A DNA stretch of 64,000 bases from Macrostomum hystrix. Its lineage: Eukaryota; Animalia; Platyhelminthes. The notes under the pieces were generated by a model. The model saw only the letters and a list, made by a program, of their open reading frames with translations. It had not been told where the DNA came from and searched no databases. Position 1 is the stretch's first letter; the number at the start of each line of letters is the position of its first letter. This document shows positions 49,701-61,700 of the stretch, piece after piece. The stretch covers positions 806,001-870,000 of the forward strand of contig CATNEN010000025.1 of assembly GCA_950097015.1 (NCBI GenBank), written 5' to 3'. A program made the position numbers and the translations under genes.

Positions 49701-52700
49701 TCTTGTTGCACAAGTTGACTCAAAGTCGAAGCAGATTGCTGATCTCGAAGAGTCCGTTGAACAGCAGTCCAACACTATCGAAAGACTGACTACTGAGCTG
49801 CACAGCCTGGATTCGGCCAGAGCAAACGTTTCTTCTGAGCTCAGAGCGACAGAGGAAGCAAAGTCGCAGCTTGAGTCTCGAGTATCTGATCTGCTTGCTC
49901 AAAATGAAGGTCTGGAAGAGCAAGTTAGAAGACTTCGAGAAGAGTCCAGTGAGCTGCAGTCATCAAAGCAGGCTTTGGACGAGGCAAATGAAGCACTAAC
50001 AAGAAGTGTGTCTGAGCTGAGCGACTCAAAGGCATCGCTTGAGGAGCAGCTTCGCTCGCTTGGTGAGGCCAAGCAAAAAGACGAGCAGAAGCTCACTCGC
50101 GCTTCCGAAGTGCACGAGAAAATGAGCGGCAAGCTAAAGAAGGTTCTGGAGTCTAACAAGCTTCTCAAGGTCAAGGTGAAGGAGCTTCAGGAGAAAGTGG
50201 ACGCTCTTCAGAAAGAGATTGACGAGTCCAGTGAATCTTCAAAATCTCAAGAGACTAAGATCAGTGAGCTCTCCGAAGCGAATTGCAGTCTTGTTGCACA
50301 AGTTGACTCAAAGTCGAAGCAGATTGCTGATCTCGAAGAGTCCGTTGAACAGCAGTCCAACACTATCGAAAGACTGACTACTGAGCTGCACAGCCTGGAT
50401 TCGGCCAGAGCAAACGTTTCTTCTGAGCTCAGAGCGACAGAGGAAGCAAAGTCGCAGCTTGAGTCTCGAGTATCTGATCTGCTTGCTCAAAATGAAGGTC
50501 TGGAAGAGCAAGTTAGGAGACTTCGAGAAGAGTCCAGTGAGCTGCAGTCATCAAAGCAGGCTTTGGACGAGGCAAATGAAGCACTAACAAGAAGTGTGTC
50601 TGAGCTGAGCGACTCAAAGGCATCGCTTGAGGAGCAGCTTCGCTCGCTTGGTGAGGCCAAGCAGAAAGACGAGCAGAAGCTCACTCGCGCTTCCGAAGTG
50701 CACGAGAAAATGAGCGGCAAGCTAAAGAAGGTTCTGGAGTCTAACAAGCTTCTCAAGGTCAAGGTGAAGGAGCTTCAGGAAAAAGTGGACGCTCTTCAGA
50801 GAGAGATTGACGAGTCCAGTGAATCTTCAAAATCTCAAGAGACTAAGATCAGTGAGCTCTCCGAAGCGAATTGCAGCCTTGTTGCACAAGTTGACTCAAA
50901 GTCGAAGCAGATTGCTGATCTCGAAGAGTCCGTTGAACAGCAGTCCAACACTATCGAAAGACTGACTACTGAGCTGCACAGCCTGGATTCGGCCAGAGCA
51001 AACGTTTCTTCTGAGCTCAGAGCGACAGAGGAAGCAAAGTCGCAGCTTGAGTCTCGAGTATCTGATCTGCTTGCTCAAAATGAAGGTCTGGAAGAGCAAG
51101 TTAGGAGACTTCGAGAAGAGTCCAGTGAGCTGCAGTCATCAAAGCAGGCTTTGGACGAGGCAAATGAAGCACTAACAAGAAGTGTGTCTGAGCTGAGCGA
51201 CTCAAAGGCATCGCTTGAGGAGCAGCTTCGCTCGCTTGGTGAGGCCAAGCAAAAAGACGAGCAGAAGCTCACTCGCGCTTCCGAAGTGCACGAGAAAATG
51301 AGCGGCAAGCTAAAGAAGGTTCTGGAGTCTAACAAGCTTCTCAAGGTCAAGGTGAAGGAGCTTCAGGAGAAAGTGGACGCTCTTCAGAAAGAGATTGACG
51401 AGTCCAGTGAATCTTCAAAATCTCAAGAGACTAAGATCAGTGAGCTCTCCGAAGCGAATTGCAGTCTTGTTGCACAAGTTGACTCAAAGTCGAAGCAGAT
51501 TGCTGATCTCGAAGAGTCCGTTGAACAGCAGTCCAACACTATCGAAAGACTGACTACTGAGCTGCACAGCCTGGATTCGGCCAGAGCAAACGTTTCTTCT
51601 GAGCTCAGAGCGACAGAGGAAGCAAAGTCGCAGCTTGAGTCTCGAGTATCTGATCTGCTTGCTCAAAATGAAGGTCTGGAAGAGCAAGTTAGGAGACTTC
51701 GAGAAGAGTCCAGTGAGCTGCAGTCATCAAAGCAGGCTTTGGACGAGGCAAATGAAGCACTAACAAGAAGTGTGTCTGAGCTGAGCGACTCAAAGGCATC
51801 GCTTGAGGAGCAGCTTCGCTCGCTTGGTGAGGCCAAGCAAAAAGACGAGCAGAAGCTCACTCGCGCTTCCGAAGTGCACGAGAAAATGAGCGGCAAGCTA
51901 AAGAAGGTTCTGGAGTCTAACAAGCTTCTCAAGGTCAAGGTGAAGGAGCTTCAGGAAAAAGTGGACGCTCTTCAGAGAGAGATTGACGAGTCCAGTGAAT
52001 CTTCAAAATCTCAAGAGACTAAGATCAGTGAGCTCTCCGAAGCGAATTGCAGTCTTGTTGCACAAGTTGACTCAAAGTCGAAGCAGATTGCTGATCTCGA
52101 AGAGTCCGTTGAACAGCAGTCCAACACTATCGAAAGACTGACTACTGAGCTGCACAGCCTGGATTCGGCCAGAGCAAACGTTTCTTCTGAGCTCAGAGCG
52201 ACAGAGGAAGCAAAGTCGCAGCTTGAGTCTCGAGTATCTGATCTGCTTGCTCAAAATGAAGGTCTGGAAGAGCAAGTTAGGAGACTTCGAGAAGAGTCCA
52301 GTGAGCTGCAGTCATCAAAGCAGGCTTTGGACGAGGCAAATGAAGCACTAACAAGAAGTGTGTCTGAGCTGAGCGACTCAAAGGCATCGCTTGAGGAGCA
52401 GCTTCGCTCGCTTGGTGAGGCCAAGCAAAAAGACGAGCAGAAGCTCACTCGCGCTTCCGAAGTGCACGAGAAAATGAGCGGCAAGCTAAAGAAGGTTCTG
52501 GAGTCTAACAAGCTTCTCAAGGTCAAGGTGAAGGAGCTTCAGGAGAAAGTGGACGCTCTTCAGAAAGAGATTGACGAGTCCAGTGAATCTTCAAAATCTC
52601 AAGAGACTAAGATCAGTGAGCTCTCCGAAGCGAATTGCAGTCTTGTTGCACAAGTTGACTCAAAGTCGAAGCAGATTGCTGATCTCGAAGAGTCCGTTGA

Positions 52701-55700
52701 ACAGCAGTCCAACACTATCGAAAGACTGACTACTGAGCTGCACAGCCTGGATTCGGCCAGAGCAAACGTTTCTTCTGAGCTCAGAGCGACAGAGGAAGCA
52801 AAGTCGCAGCTTGAGTCTCGAGTATCTGATCTGCTTGCTCAAAATGAAGGTCTGGAAGAGCAAGTTAGGAGACTTCGAGAAGAGTCCAGTGAGCTGCAGT
52901 CATCAAAGCAGGCTTTGGACGAGGCAAATGAAGCACTAACAAGAAGTGTGTCTGAGCTGAGCGACTCAAAGGCATCGCTTGAGGAGCAGCTTCGCTCGCT
53001 TGGTGAGGCCAAGCAGAAAGACGAGCAGAAGCTCACTCGCGCTTCCGAAGTGCACGAGAAAATGAGCGGCAAGCTAAAGAAGGTTCTGGAGTCTAACAAG
53101 CTTCTCAAGGTCAAGGTGAAGGAGCTTCAGGAAAAAGTGGACGCTCTTCAGAGAGAGATTGACGAGTCCAGTGAATCTTCAAAATCTCAAGAGACTAAGA
53201 TCAGTGAGCTCTCCGAAGCGAATTGCAGCCTTGTTGCACAAGTTGACTCAAAGTCGAAGCAGATTGCTGATCTCGAAGAGTCCGTTGAACAGCAGTCCAA
53301 CACTATCGAAAGACTGACTACTGAGCTGCACAGCCTGGATTCGGCCAGAGCAAACGTTTCTTCTGAGCTCAGAGCGACAGAGGAAGCAAAGTCGCAGCTT
53401 GAGTCTCGAGTATCTGATCTGCTTGCTCAAAATGAAGGTCTGGAAGAGCAAGTTAGGAGGCTTCGTGAAGAGTCCAGTGAGCTGCAGTCATCAAAGCAGG
53501 CTTTGGACGAGGCAAATGAAGCACTAACAAGAAGTGTGTCTGAGCTGAGCGACTCAAAGGCATCGCTTGAGGAGCAGCTTCGCTCGCTTGGTGAGGCCAA
53601 GCAGAAAGACGAGCAGAAGCTCACTCGCGCTTCCGAAGTGCACGAGAAAATGAGCGGCAAGCTAAAGAAGGTTCTGGAGTCTAACAAGCTTCTCAAGGTC
53701 AAGGTGAAGGAGCTTCAGGAGAAAGTGGACGCTCTTCAGAAAGAGATTGACGAGTCCAGTGAATCTTCAAAATCTCAAGAGACTAAGATCAGTGAGCTCT
53801 CCGAAGCGAATTGCAGCCTTGTTGCACAAGTTGACTCAAAGTCGAAGCAGATTGCTGACCTCGAAGAGTCCGTTGAACAGCAGTCCAACACTATCGAAAG
53901 ACTGACTACTGAGCTGCACAGCCTGGATTCGGCCAGAGCAAACGTTTCTTCTGAGCTCAGAGCGACAGAGGAAGCAAAGTCGCAGCTTGAGTCTCGAGTA
54001 TCTGATCTGCTTGCTCAAAATGAAGGTCTGGAAGAGCAAGTTAGGAGGCTTCGTGAAGAGTCCAGTGAGCTGCAGTCATCAAAGCAGGCTTTGGACGAGG
54101 CAAATGAAGCACTAACAAGAAGTGTGTCTGAGCTGAGCGACTCAAAGGCGTCGCTTGAGGAGCAGCTTCGCTCGCTTGGTGAGGCCAAGCAGAAAGACGA
54201 GCAGAAGCTCACTCGCGCTTCCGAAGTGCACGAGAAAATGAGCGGCAAGCTAAAGAAGGTTCTGGAGTCTAACAAGCTTCTCAAGGTCAAGGTGAAGGAG
54301 CTTCAGGAGAAAGTGGACGCTCTTCAGAAAGAGATTGACGAGTCCAGTGAATCTTCAAAATCTCAAGAGACTAAGATCAGTGAGCTGCTTGAATCAAACG
54401 CCATGCTGGAGGTGCAAGTGGTTGCAAAAAGTAAGACAATCCAGGAACTTGAGGAGCTTCGGGTTTCTCTGTCCCGAAGTTTCTGTGAGTTTCAGAACGA
54501 GTTCTCAAAGCAAGAAATGACTTTACAAGAATTAGCAGCATGCAAGTCGTCTCAGGCTGCGGCTATTGAAGAGTTAAGTCTTATTCGCAGCGCCCAGGAA
54601 CGTGCACTCTCTGAGCTTCAGAATTGGACTTCAGCACAAGAAATCAGGGTAAGTGAACTCTTGAGTGAAGTTGTTTTAAAGGACGACCAGCTAGCAAAAG
54701 TTAGTTTGAAAATGCAAGCCTTAGAGGATGCGCTGCAATCTAAACAAAATCGCGTAGCTGAGCTTGAATGCATGATTCAATCATCTGGTATTAGCCAAAG
54801 TGAGCTTGCAAGTCAAGTGCAAGCGCATTCTGTCCAATCTAGGGAATTGTTTTCTTTGCTTACTAAAGCCATTTCTGATTCGAACTGCACGGAGGTTGAG
54901 AGCGAATTCGTATCTCAGAATTTGGAAGAAAGCTTCGACGGCTTGAGAGTTCTCGTTTTACGTTTGTCTGAGCTTAACCATGCATTGAATCGTCGCCTTG
55001 TTGATTCTGAGTCTGTGGTGGTCAAGACTCAAGAAAAAGTTATTGAGCTGAACTCTGTGAGAGCGTCACTTGAGAAATCTCTGTCAGATCTGCAGAAATC
55101 TGCTGTAAGCCAAGAGGAAACCATTTCTCAGCTTCAAGACGTTAACTCTAAACAGAATAAGAAAATTTTTGAGTTGCAGGCAATCCGAGCCGCTCATGAG
55201 AAAGTCATTGCTGAGCTGCAGGATTCAAACACTTTTCAGTCGACTGAGCTGAGAATTATGTGCGATCGACTGCACGAGTCAGAAGAAGCGAAGCATCAGC
55301 TGGACCATCAAGTGATGAAGTTGCATGAGACGAGTGAGATTTTTTCTCGCAAATGCGACGATTTGACAGAATCCAAACGCGCACTCGAAGAGATTGTTGA
55401 AAATATGACGCAATTGCGGATCGCTGACGAAGTGGAACTAAGCAAGGCTAGCAAGAGATGTGAAGACCAATCGCTGGAATTAAAATGTGCTTTAGAAATA
55501 ATCGGCGAAAGGAATTTGAAAATAACGGAACTAAATAGACGCGTTGAAGACAATCAAAAGAGTGCCTCGGTGCTGCAGGAGAAATTGGGGCAAAGTAAGC
55601 GGCAAAGCGAAGAATTAAAAAGCATTGTATTTGGGCAAATGAAGGCCATTTTAGAACTGCAAGACACAAATAGCGCTTTGGAAAAGTCAATTTCGGAGTA

Positions 55701-58700
55701 CGTAGACATCATTTATTCGCAGGAGACCCAGATTTTATTGATGCAAAAGGCTAGCTTTGTGCAGGAAGGCACTGTCTCGAGCCTCAAGGATGTCATCTCT
55801 GCATTGAGGAGGGCTATAGCAGAGCTGCAAGACACTAATTCTGTCCTGGACGAGCAGCTGACGGAATTGCGAGAGCGAAAAAGTGGTTTGACAATCGAAT
55901 TAAAATGTGCAAATGACAAGGTTAAAGAACTTGATGCGTTGCTGAGTAATGAAGAACTCATAAGAGTGCGACAACTGGAGGCTAGTAATGTAAGTCTAAG
56001 CAGTGAGTTGTGTCACGTTCGCCAAGAAAACACCCACCTAGAGCAGCGCATTAGCAATTATGAAAAGCAAATTATGCTACATCAGGCAGAAAGCACCCAG
56101 CTTTCTAATAAAATGTTTATTCTTAAGCAGGTCTACAAAGATCTAGAGGTTAGAATGGTCAGTCTGAATGTTGAGATTCAGGTGTCTGAAGAATCGACTG
56201 TCAATCTGCAAACAGAAAGCCTGACTTTAAAGGAAACAATTCAGTTTTTGACAAATGAAATTAATAGTTTAAAGGCATCTTGGCGAACTAGCGAGGTACA
56301 TTTTTATCGTTAATTTTACTTTTTAGTTTACGCTATTACGTAATAGTCTAATTAACGTATAGTAACGTAACGTATAGCCTAATTAAGTATAAACCTGTGT
56401 AGGCTCAATAAACCTAATATCTTGCATAACATTGCAATTAGAATTTCTTCTTTTTTTAGGAAACTCCAGCCGATTTTACTGCCAAGATGCAGCTCGCTCT
56501 GACTGAAAGCGAGCAACTTCAGGCCAAAGAGCAAATATTAATTGGCGAGATTGCCGCGCTAGAGGGCAAGTTAGAAGAAGCGGCAGCTGAGAAGGACGAT
56601 TTGACAACGAAGATCAGCACTTTGTCAGACAAGCTCGATGAACTAACATCCTCCAGTACACATCACTCAGCTAACAGGGAGGTCCAATTAGCTGAGCAGG
56701 AAAGCATAACCTCTGAGCGCGACGCCTTGGTTGTGGAAAACAGCCAGTTAAAGGAGAAGCAAGACCAGACCTGTGCGGAGCGAGATCGCATGAAGGAGAA
56801 GTGTGCTCGACTCGTGAAGCAATGCCGCATCTTTAAGGAGGCAGCCAAGCAGGTTCAACAGCGAGCTGACACTGCAGACTGCGAGTGTCAGACTGAGGCG
56901 GAGACCGAGTCAGTAGCTGCTTTGACTGACGCATCAACTGAGACAGAAGCAGCGGTGACTTCGGAGTCGTCATTTGAGCCCGAGAGATCGATGGTGGAAG
57001 CCGGCAACCTCACTGAGCCAAGTGGCGCCGTGTCAGGTGTCTCTCAACAGGAAGTCGAGAGCCTGCTAACTTCAAAGATGTCACTGACGGACGAAGTGTT
57101 CGAGCTGAAGCAGAGGCTCGCGTCATCGGACTCAGCGAGGCTGACCGCAGAGTCCAATCTGGAGCAGGCGATGAAACGTCTGCAAGCAGTCAAGTTGTTG
57201 GCAGAGCGTGTGTCGAGCGGAGAGTCGGCGATTGAAGAACTGCCTGAGCTGGAGACCGTTGCCACCCCAGTTCGAGTCGCCCTGCTGGTAAGAAAATACA
57301 GATTTTTCCTATCGATAAAAGTACTACGATTGCGGTTTTGTGATTTTTTATCGTTTGGACTAACATTAACATCTATCTATTTTTCCAGGGCTCACAAATG
57401 GCTAATAGACAAAGCCCGTTTGGTCTGGAAGAGCTACAGTCAAAGTTGCAAAGCTTGGAAACCGACAGAGATGCTATTTTATTGGACCGTGACACGCTAG
57501 CAAATGAGCATCACAAGATCATTGCAAAGCGGGATGCACTTGCCTTAGAGCGAGACGCTCTGCTCTCAGACCGTGATGCAATCACATCCGAGCGAGACGC
57601 TCTGCTCTCAGACCGTGACGCAATCACATCCGAGCGAGACGCTCTGCTCTCAGACCGTGACGCAATTACATCCGAGCGAGACGGTCTGCTCTCAGACCGT
57701 GATGCAATCACATCCGAGCGAGACGCTCTGCTCTCAGACCGTGACGCAATCACATCCGAGCGAGACGCTCTGCTCTCAGACCGTGATGCAATCACATCCG
57801 AGCGAGACGCTCTGCACTCAGACCGTGATGCAATCACACTCGAGCGAGACACTCTGCTCTCAGACCGTGATGCAATCATTTCCGAGCGAGACGCTCTGCT
57901 CTCAGACCGTGATGCAATCATTTCCGAGCGAGACACTCTGCTCTCAGACCGTGATGCAATCATTTCCGAGCGAGACGCTCTGCTCTCAGACCGTAATGCA
58001 ATCATTTCCGAGCGAGACGCTCTGCTCTCAGACCGTGATGCAATCATTTCCGTGCGAGACGCTCTGCTCTCAGACTGTGATGCAATCACATCCGAGCGAG
58101 ACGCACTAGCCTTGGAGAACGCCCAGCTCATGGAGTCTGCCACTCTGCTAAAGGAGAAGCAAGACCAGGCCTGTGCGGAGCGAGATCGCATGAAGGAGAA
58201 GTGTGCTCGACTCGTGAAGCAATGCCGCATCTTTAAGGAGGCAGCCAAGCAGGTTCAACAGCGAGCTGACACTGCAGACTGCGAGTGTCAGACTGAGGCG
58301 GAGACCGAGTCAGTAGCTGCTTTGACTGACGCATCAACTGAGACAGAAGCAGCGGTGACTTCGGAGTCGTCATTTGAGCCCGAGAGATCGATGGTGGAAG
58401 CCGGCAACCTCACTGAGCCAAGTGGCGCCGTGTCAGGTGTCTCTCAACAGGAAGTCGAGAGCCTGCTAACTTCAAAGATGTCACTGACGGACGAAGTGTT
58501 CGAGCTGAAGCAGAGGCTCGCGTCATCGGACTCAGCGAGGCTGACCGCAGAGTCCAATCTGGAGCAGGCGATGAAACGTCTGCAAGCAGTCAAGTTGTTG
58601 GCAGAGCGTGTGTCGAGCGGAGAGTCGGCGATTGAAGAACTGCCTGAGCTGGAGACCGTTGCCACCCCAGTTCGAGTCGCCCTGCTGGTAAGAAAATACA

Positions 58701-61700
58701 GATTTTTCCTATCGATAAAAGTACTACGATTGCGGTTTTATGATTTTTTATCGTTTGGACTAACATTAACATCTATCTATTTTTCCAGGGCTCACAAATG
58801 GCTAATAGACAAAGCCCGTTTGGTCTGGAAGAGCTACAGTCAAAGTTGCAAAGCTTGGAAACCGACAGAGATGCTATTTTATTGGACCGTGACACGCTAG
58901 CAAATGAGCATCACAAGATCATTGCAAAGCGGGATGCACTTGCCTTAGAGCGAGACGCTCTGCTCTCAGACCGTGATGCAATCACATCCGAGCGAGACGC
59001 TCTGCTCTCAGACCGTGATGCAATCACATCCGAGCGAGACGCTCTGCTCTCAGACCGTGACGCAATCACATCCGAGCGAGACGCTCTGCTCTCAGACCGT
59101 GACGCAATCACATCCGAGCGAGACGCTCTGCTCTCAGACCGTGATGCAATCACATCCGAGCGAGACGCTCTGCTCTCAGACCGTGACGCAATCACATCCG
59201 AGCGAGACGCTCTGCTCTCAGACCGTGCTGCAATCATTTCCGAGCGAGACGCTCTGCTCTCAGACCGTGATGCAATCACATCCGAGCGAGACGGTCTGCT
59301 CTCAGACCGTGATGCAATCACATCCGAGCGAGACGCTCTTCTCTCAGACCGTGATGCAATTACATCCGAGCGAGACGCTCTGCTCTCAGACCGTGACGCA
59401 ATCACATCCGAGCGAGACGCTCTGCTCTCAGACCGTGACGCAATCACATCCGAGCGTGACGCATTGGCCTTGGAGAACGCGCAGCTCATGGAGTCTGCCA
59501 CTCTGCTAAAGGAGAAGCAAGACCAGGCCTGTGCGGAGCGAGATCGCATGAAGGAGAAGTGTGCTCGACTCGTGAAGCAATGCCGCATCCTGAAGGAGGC
59601 AGCCAAGCAGGTTCAACAGCGAGCTGACACTGCAGACTGCGAGTGTCAGACTGAGGCGGAGACCGAGTCAGTAGCTGCGGCTGGAGCTGATGCAAGACCT
59701 GTGACTGCTTTGACTGACGCATCAACTGAGACAGAAGCAGCGGTGACTTCGGAGTCGCCGTTTGAGCCCGAGAGATCGATGGTGGATGCCGCGACTGAAA
59801 TAGATGTCTATGATCTGGTGGAGTGGCAATGTCTCTGTGCGGCTATTGAAGCAGCTGGTCTTAGCCTCGGCGACATCGGCCTTTCATCTTCGTTCGCTTT
59901 ATCATCGTTCACTGAAATCTCTGAGGTTATTCGTCTCCTTGCTGCTGTAAGACATTTTCTGAATTGTTAATTGTCATTTCACAGAGCCAAATTGTTTCGC
60001 AAAGCTAAATTCTGACCTCCCTAAAACGCAGAGCATGTCCGGCCAGCGCCAGCAACTGGCGGACATTAGCGAGCGTTGCGAAAGCCTAGAGCAGACCATA
60101 GCCGAGAAAGAGGAGTCCCTGACCGAGATGATGGAGAGACTAGAGATTGCCAACAAGCGGGCTGCGGCTGCCAACTCTACACCGGCTCGTCCTGGCGCTT
60201 CCGTGGCCAGTCGTCAAGTGGAGTGCGACCTAACCCAGCCGTTAATTGGCGAATTGGAGGCCACCCTGGCTAAGCGGGACGGTAAAATTGCCGCCATGGA
60301 GCGGGACAGCCGAGAACTAAACCGCAAGCTGGAGTCGCATCTGCAGACTATGCGACGAATGGAGGCCAGACTGCAGTCCTCTAGTCGGCTGCTCCGCGCT
60401 CGGCTTGTAGATAGCGCCGAAGCTGAGCGGCTCGTTGTTGAGGTTAGTGAGGGATTGATCTAAGGTAAAATTACCGACTGGGACTAACCTGTGGGATAAC
60501 AAGATCTTAAGATTTAAGCTCTCAGATAGTTCTTAATTTCTGAAGTGTTTCCAATTATTTTTAAACAGGTGGAATCGCTGTTTGCCCAACTAGACGAAGC
60601 CGAAGAAGAGGTTAGCCGTCTGCGACTGACCCTGCGCGATCGCGACAATGAGCTGCTCCGACTGGCCGACCAGTTGCGCGTTGAAAGCGAAGCGAAGCGC
60701 ATTGATTTGGCCACAATGCGCGAACAGGTGCGACTGTACGAAGCTGAGCTGCGTCGTGTGCGCTCCGACCTGGACGCCAAAGACGAGCTACTGGCGCTGG
60801 CTCGCGAGACCGCCTCGATGTCCACTGTCGGCGATGATGCCGAAGAAGCTGTAGACTCAGTCGATGCCAGTGGCGGAACTAGTTCTAAGCGAGGACTGGA
60901 AGAGTTAAGCGTAGAGCTGTCAAATGCGAAGAATTTAGTTGAGTCGCTGAATAGCGAGTTGCAAGACTCAAAGCTGTCGCGCGAGGCATTGAATGATGAA
61001 CTAGCCGAAGCTAGAGGAGCTATTGACCGATTGACAACCAGTCTGAGCGCTGCAAAGTTGGAACTGAATGAAAAGTTAACACAATTTGAAGCTGCTAGTG
61101 ACAAACTGCGCTCAGAACTGTCCATTACTAGTCGAGATAATAATATGCTCAGCGATGAACTCATTGAAGCTAAAAACGCGATTGACCGTTTAAATACCGA
61201 ATTATTTAACGCGAATGAAAATTCAGTTGTGACGGAGCTTCGAGCTGAATTGGCATCGACCAGAAAAGAGAAGCTGGTTCTTAGCGAGGAGTTGACCAAG
61301 GCAAATGACGAGCTTGACAGCTTGACGGCTGAGTTGGCCAAAGCTAAGGAGGATATGCTTAGCGAATCCAATGAATTTAGACTCACTATAGAAAAGCTGA
61401 GCAATGAGTTGAAGGTTGCTGCAGAGGACAAGCAAATGCTTAACTACCGATTTTCTGAAGCGAACAGTGTGATTGACAGCATAAGAGAGAATCTGGCAGC
61501 TTCCACACACGCTAAAGAAGCTTTGAGCGGCGAATTAGCTGAAGCTAAATTGTCGATTAGTCAATTAAACGAACAATTAGACATTGCTCACTCATCGCTA
61601 ATCAGTAGGGAAGCAGGAAAGCACGTTGTCTCTACTGAAAGTAGTTCCACTCAGACAGAAACGTTCGCAGATTGTGAAGACGGCCGCGAAAGCGAGCGCT

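Larger units (their letters stand above)
56751..59780 (+). repeat. Tandem duplication of a ~1.4-kb unit (3' exon part + 101-nt intron + 5' exon part), 2 full units + partial third
   Basis: AAGGAGAAGCAAGACCAG at 56751, 58151 and 59509 (offsets 1400 and 1358); introns 57288-57388 and 58688-58788 appear to differ at a single base. Confidence 0.93.

Noticed and set aside
41476-56295. Secreted adhesive or mucin-like giant repeat protein
   Set aside because: No signal peptide, heptad coiled-coil composition, and the gene ends in a golgin-type tail anchor
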